Positions 59,347 through 64,000 of a stretch of DNA of 64,000 bases are shown here, in pieces. The translations under genes were made by a program, and so were the position numbers. Positions within the stretch are counted from its first letter, which is position 1; every line of letters begins with the position of its first letter. Below the pieces are notes generated by a model. That model was not told the origin of the DNA and ran no database searches. It was given only the letters and a program-made list of their open reading frames with translations. The DNA lies in assembly GCA_043811375.1 (NCBI GenBank), contig JBDRNJ010000019.1, positions 39,755 through 103,754 of the forward strand. The letters are read 5' to 3'. The DNA comes from a bacterium (GTDB taxonomy: Bacteria > Zixibacteria > MSB-5A5 > GN15 > FEB-12).

Positions 59347-59466
59347 TTACTTCATCCTCTGTTTTTCTATTAAGAAAACAGCTTCCCGGCTTATGCCAAT
59401 CACATTTTTTCGGGGAGTGTGGGTTGTGAAACCCACCACAAGCGGATGGGCCAGCGGGTCCGAAGT

Positions 59467-60276
59467 TTAGCTCTTCGCGAACCACTCATCGGGCAAATCG
59501 TCTATTGACTTGTGACACTTGGCCCGAGTTCCGATACCTCCCGGACAATCATGACCGAAAACATGGCATGATCTATCATCACGATTCTCTCTCAGAGGAA
59601 AATGCTCCACGCAATGCTCCCACTCACAAAGTAATCCCTGTTCTTCATATTCAGGGTTAGGCTGGAAGTTGATAGAATATCCGAGTGAAAAACTCTGACT
59701 AAGTTCAATTGTAAGGTTTATGACCTCAATGGCATCACGTATCGAAACTTTGCCTCCATGGACTGCCTCATTACAGAGTTTTGTGATCTGATGGATTGCA
59801 TCTCTCTGGTGATCGCCAATCGTATCATGTTCATGAAGTTTTTTAACTAGGAAACCGATTCCATTCTTGGATGATGAATCAGGATCGATGAGAGTATGAT
59901 AGGCAAGGCGCAGGATTCGTTCGATTTCGATGCGGAGAGCCGCAAGTGCCAAATTCGGATCTTGCTCGACTAGATTCATCGCAGACTCAGCAGAGAATGT
60001 CTCTATGATATCGACAGGTCGCTTTTCTTCCTCTATTTCTCTTTTCTCTTCTCTAGATTCTTCTACAAGATTGACCAATTGTTGGATGTTCTCTTTGAAA
60101 TCAAACTCAGCTCCAAACCACTTGGCTTTCTTGAGAAAAGGTGCAAGTAAAGGAATCGCCAGAAGGAAAACCAGACCTACTGAATACGAATCGAGAAAAA
60201 ACTCTTCAGGCCAGAAACCGCGCACCACTACTGTCGCAATAATGAACACGAATGCAGCCCACTGACTTCTCTGCAT
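59467..60276 (-). CDS. Hypothetical membrane-anchored protein, AT-richer than its neighbours
   Basis: Two N-terminal TM helices, LALAALRIEIE...CNEAVHG, C-terminal Cys/His cluster (CEWEHC...CHVFGHDCP...C). Confidence 0.7.
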   Translation of the reverse strand: MQRSQWAAFVFIIATVVVRGFWPEEFFLDSYSVGLVFLLAIPLLAPFLKKAKWFGAEFDFKENIQQLVNLVEESREEKREIEEEKRPVDIIETFSAESAMNLVEQDPNLALAALRIEIERILRLAYHTLIDPDSSSKNGIGFLVKKLHEHDTIGDHQRDAIHQITKLCNEAVHGGKVSIRDAIEVINLTIELSQSFSLGYSINFQPNPEYEEQGLLCEWEHCVEHFPLRENRDDRSCHVFGHDCPGGIGTRAKCHKSIDDLPDEWFAKS

Positions 60277-60320
60277 AATATTCTATACCAACATAATACT
60301 ATACAACGTATTCTCGTAGT

Positions 60321-60349
60321 AGTATAGCCTGCCGGAAGGCCAGTGTCAA
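60321..60349 (-). promoter_or_regulatory. Near-consensus sigma70 promoter pointing through the 17-bp site into 59467-60276
   Basis: Minus strand TTGACA-N17-TATACT. Confidence 0.7.
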
Positions 60350-60423
60350 CGGCATCAAGAGCAGACTGCAAACCTTCCCGCAAGTCAGGTCCGGTGGCCC
60401 ACCATTTTTGACCCCCAACTACT

Positions 60424-61734
60424 TCAGCAAGAACTCCCGGCGGCCGAGCGGCCGGCCAGCCAGCCGGTGGAGAAGGCCGCCTGAAGATTGAACCCGCCGG
60501 TGTCGGCGTCAATATCGAGCACTTCACCGGCAAAATATAACCCCCTGACCAGCCGGGACTCCATCGTCTGCGGGACGATCTCTTTGGTGCTGACACCTCC
60601 GGCGGTGATGATCGCCTCCTCGAAGGGACGATAACCACTGACTTCGAACCGAAAATCCTTGAGCCACCGGCCGAGTTTCTGGCGTTCCCCGGACATTATC
60701 TGGTGTCCGGGTTTGTCCGGGTCGATTCCGGTCAACTCCCGGCAGACCGGGATCAGTTTCCGGGGCAGCAATTGTTTGAGCAGCGTGCTGAAGGTCTGTT
60801 TGCCGTGCAGGTGCAGATCACGAAGAAGGCGCTGGTCGAGTTGATGTTCGTTAAGAGCCGGTTTGAGATCGATTGAGAGCACGACCCTTTTTTTTGCCCT
60901 GCAGGCATCAACAATCCTGCGACTGAGTGAAAGAATGATCGGGCCGGAAAGACCAAAGTGCGTGAAAAGCATCTCGCCGAATCTTTCATCCTGCTTTCTG
61001 CCGTCAATCCGCAGGTGCACGCTGACGTTGCGCAAGCTCAGGCCCTGCAGGCGCGGCGCTATATCACCGGCTGTCTCAATCGGCACCAGTGACGGTCGGG
61101 GGGCAATGACGGTGTGTCCGACCGACCGGGCCAGCCGGTAACCATCGCCGGTCGAACCGGTGGCCGGATAGGAAGCTCCGCCGGTAGCAATGATAACGGC
61201 ATCGGCTCGGTACAACCGGGCGTTCTCACGACTGCTTTTTGAGCGGCTGGTCATCAGCGGCTGGATACGTGACACCTGTCGGCGGGGAACCTGCACCCCG
61301 GTAATGTGTCCCTCTTTTACCAGCAGCAATTCCACCGGTGAGCGCGTGCGGACAGTGACCCCGCAATCTCGCACCCAGCGGTCAAGGGTATCGACGACTT
61401 TGGCGGCGTCGTTGTCGACCGGGAAAACACGTCCGCCGCGTTCCGACTGGGTGACAATACCCAGCTCGGTGAAGAATTCTATCAGATCTGATGCGAAGAA
61501 ACGGGCGAACGACTGCCTCAGGAATTTACCGCCGGAGCCGAAACGATCGATAAACTCAGCCACCGGCGCGTTGTTGGTAAGGTTACACCGTCCCTTGCCG
61601 GTAATACGCAGCTTGCGGCCGGGGCGATATTTCTTTTCCAGAATCATCGTCTCGGCGCCGTTCAGCGCCGCCTGCCCGGCCGCCATCAAACCGGCCGCGC
61701 CGCCGCCGACCACAACAACTCGCGTTTTTGCCAT
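60424..61734 (-). CDS. HI0933/YhiN/BaiN-family flavoprotein
   Basis: VVGGGAAG, GRKLRITGKGRCNLTN, ATGGASYPATGSTGDG, GEVLDIDADTGGFNLQAAFSTG. Confidence 0.93.
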   Translation of the reverse strand: MAKTRVVVVGGGAAGLMAAGQAALNGAETMILEKKYRPGRKLRITGKGRCNLTNNAPVAEFIDRFGSGGKFLRQSFARFFASDLIEFFTELGIVTQSERGGRVFPVDNDAAKVVDTLDRWVRDCGVTVRTRSPVELLLVKEGHITGVQVPRRQVSRIQPLMTSRSKSSRENARLYRADAVIIATGGASYPATGSTGDGYRLARSVGHTVIAPRPSLVPIETAGDIAPRLQGLSLRNVSVHLRIDGRKQDERFGEMLFTHFGLSGPIILSLSRRIVDACRAKKRVVLSIDLKPALNEHQLDQRLLRDLHLHGKQTFSTLLKQLLPRKLIPVCRELTGIDPDKPGHQIMSGERQKLGRWLKDFRFEVSGYRPFEEAIITAGGVSTKEIVPQTMESRLVRGLYFAGEVLDIDADTGGFNLQAAFSTGWLAGRSAAGSSC

Positions 61735-61872
61735 ACATCTTTTCCTGTCGACGTTTGTTGTCTCTCTCAACGCCGAGTACATTATAGTGATTTGTTAGAA
61801 AAAATACCAGCTTTCCGCTATTTTGTTGCGTATCCTATACTAAATAGGAATGATACGACAACTGGAATTAGA

Positions 61873-62331
61873 ATGGTAAAAGAAAATAAGATGAAAATTT
61901 CTGAACTAATGAAAGGTTTTGAACAGGTTTGCAAGTCGAAAGGTTTACGGATAACTCATCAAAGATCAGAAATATTCCATGAACTGGCCAAATATCCAGA
62001 CCATCCAACCGCTGAGAATGTGTTCAGCCGAGTCCGAAAACGCCTGAAAACGATCTCATTGGATACAGTGTATCGTACAATCGCGACATTTGAAGAACAT
62101 GGTATGATAAAACGGGTTCAAATACTTGATAACTCAGCCAGATTTGATGTTAATTTATCGATTCATCATCATCTGATATGTACACGATGCAATAAAATAG
62201 AAGATCTTTATTGGCCGGTTTTTGATAAGATGAAGTTGCCGGATTCCGTAAACGGCTGGGCAAAAATGAATTCAAGACATGTTGAGATCCGCAGCCTATG
62301 CCTGGATTGTAAGACGAAGTTCAAGAAATAA
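61873..62331 (+). CDS. perR: Fur-family regulator, PerR-like by context
   Basis: RITHQR, HPTAE, SLDTVYRT, HHHLICTRC, CLDC; directly upstream of catalase. Confidence 0.8.
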   Translation: MVKENKMKISELMKGFEQVCKSKGLRITHQRSEIFHELAKYPDHPTAENVFSRVRKRLKTISLDTVYRTIATFEEHGMIKRVQILDNSARFDVNLSIHHHLICTRCNKIEDLYWPVFDKMKLPDSVNGWAKMNSRHVEIRSLCLDCKTKFKK

Positions 62332-62370
62332 AAGATGATATAGGAACATAATAGAAAAAAGGAGTTAAAC

Positions 62371-63810
62371 ATGGCCAAGAAAAAACGTAAACTGACTACC
62401 TCAGCCGGTATACCGGTCGGAGATAATCAAAACTCGCTGACGGCGGGACCGCGAGGTCCACTCCTGGTTCAGGACTGGCAACTATTTGAGAAACATGCTC
62501 ATTTCAACCGGGAACGGATTCCCGAGAGAGTCGTTCACGCCAAGGGCTCGGGAGCTTACGGTACCCTGACTATCACCGGCGATATCACCAAGTACACTAA
62601 AGCCAAAGTCTTTGAAATCGGTAAAAAAACCGAGTGTTTCCATCGTTTCTCGACCGTAGCCGGAGAAAGGGGCGCGGCTGATGCCGAACGTGATGTCCGC
62701 GGATTCGCTCTCAAGTTTTATACCGAGGAGGGTAACTGGGATTTGGTGGGCAACAATACCCCGGTTTTTTTTATCAGGGACCCATATAAGTTTCCTGATT
62801 TTATCCACACCCAAAAACGTGATCCCAAAACCAACCTGAGAAGCAACATCGCTCAGTGGGATTTCTGGTCCCTCTCGCCAGAGAGTATGCATCAGGTAAC
62901 CATTCTTTTCTCCGACCGGGGGCTTCCCCGCAGTTACCGTCATTTGAACGGTTACGGCAGTCATACGTACAGCCTCATAAATGCTAAGAATGAAAGATTC
63001 TGGGTGAAGTTCCATTTTAAAACCGCGCAGGGGATTAAGTGTATGACCGCCGCCGAGTCGGCCGAAATTATTGCCAATGACCGCGAGAGTCATCAGCGCG
63101 ACTTGTTCGATGCGATCGAAAGAGGTGATTTCCCCAAATGGAACATCAAAGTACAGATAATGACCGAGGAACAGTCGAAACATACATCTTACAACCCATT
63201 TGATTTAACCAAAGTATGGCCGCATGATGAGTTCCAGTTGATTGATGTTGGTGTTCTGGAGTTGAATCGGAACCCCGAGAATTATTTTGCCGAAGTCGAA
63301 CAATCAGCTTTCTCTCCGGCCAATGTTATTTCCGGTATCAGCCACAGTCCGGATAAGATGCTTCAATTTCGCGTTTTTTCATATGCCGACGCACATCGCT
63401 ATCGTCTGGGAGTGAATTATGAGAGCCTTCCGGTAAACAAACCGCACTGCGAAGCCAATACCTATTATCGTGACGGTAAAATGCGATTTGACGGTAATGC
63501 CGGTGGATCTGTCAATTATGATCCAAACAGTTTTGACGGCCCGGTTGAAGACTCGCAATTCAAGGAACCGCCGCTCAAAATCGAGGGTGACGCTGACCGA
63601 TATGATCATCGTGAGGGAAATGATGATTATACCCAGGCAGGTAATCTGTATCGGCTGATGCCAAACGATGAAAAGGATCGACTTCATAAGGCTATTGCCG
63701 GCGCAATGGAAGGAGTCCCTGGGGAAATTATCGAGCGACAGATGACGCATTTTAAAAAGGCCGATCCGGCGTATGCTAATGGAGTAAGAAAAGCATTAAG
63801 TAACGAATAA
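62371..63810 (+). CDS. katA: Monofunctional small-subunit heme catalase
   Basis: [36 protein letters not shown]. Confidence 0.97.
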   Translation: MAKKKRKLTTSAGIPVGDNQNSLTAGPRGPLLVQDWQLFEKHAHFNRERIPERVVHAKGSGAYGTLTITGDITKYTKAKVFEIGKKTECFHRFSTVAGERGAADAERDVRGFALKFYTEEGNWDLVGNNTPVFFIRDPYKFPDFIHTQKRDPKTNLRSNIAQWDFWSLSPESMHQVTILFSDRGLPRSYRHLNGYGSHTYSLINAKNERFWVKFHFKTAQGIKCMTAAESAEIIANDRESHQRDLFDAIERGDFPKWNIKVQIMTEEQSKHTSYNPFDLTKVWPHDEFQLIDVGVLELNRNPENYFAEVEQSAFSPANVISGISHSPDKMLQFRVFSYADAHRYRLGVNYESLPVNKPHCEANTYYRDGKMRFDGNAGGSVNYDPNSFDGPVEDSQFKEPPLKIEGDADRYDHREGNDDYTQAGNLYRLMPNDEKDRLHKAIAGAMEGVPGEIIERQMTHFKKADPAYANGVRKALSNE

Positions 63811-64000
63811 ATGATAAAATGAAAGAGAATAATTGGATCAAAGTGATCCCCAGTTTCATGATTAAAGAAATACCCAGAGTAGGAAATACTAAAGCAACTT
63901 GAGAGGAGGTGATAGATCAGTTATTTCATTAGGATGTAGTAGTAATGTCTCAACGTTGTCAACGGTAAAGACGGTCTGCTTGGAATGCAACGATTACCAC

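Noticed and set aside
61828..62360. Per/Fur boxes (ATAGGAA before perR and katA)
   Set aside because: Only half-site similarity; no clear palindrome.

Overview
Bacterial chromosomal window. Five secreted proteins ending in near-identical dockerin-like duplicated Ca-loop motifs (D-x-D-x-S-G-x-x-D-V-G-D-L-T-Y-L-V-A-Y-L-F-Q-G-G) suggest an FCB-group lineage such as candidate phylum Zixibacteria (inference only). Left to right: (1) a 0.4-7.7 kb region delimited by three decayed or partial tRNA-Pro(UGG) copies, carrying a CxxC/RSPP leader-type ORF, a His-rich outer-membrane protein, an ABC-permease remnant and an RND pump; (2) a ThDP enzyme next to a semialdehyde dehydrogenase, YfhO, pmbA and a Tat-signal tldD, ArsR with a Cys-rich mini-protein, a cysteine desulfurase, a membrane-anchored reductive-dehalogenase/QueG-like protein, luxS (one in-frame TAA) with mtnN, and lpoB with a partner lipoprotein; (3) tRNA-Gly and tRNA-Cys; (4) a 24-49 kb cluster of large secreted modular proteins: a 1789-aa beta-helix/Cys-protease-like/8-repeat/cohesin-like/dockerin protein, two M28 peptidases and one M4 peptidase on a shared C-terminal chassis, and a large Ig-rich lipoprotein; (5) a repeat-rich stress-gene region (kefC-like, mscL, wrbA, umuDC, perR-katA) with REP/MITE elements, inverted tRNA-fMet fragments, an integron-like cassette signature around wrbA and a 17-bp inverted site pair. 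No CRISPR array, rRNA, integrase or transposase gene was seen. All family calls are from motif recognition by eye, not database searches.
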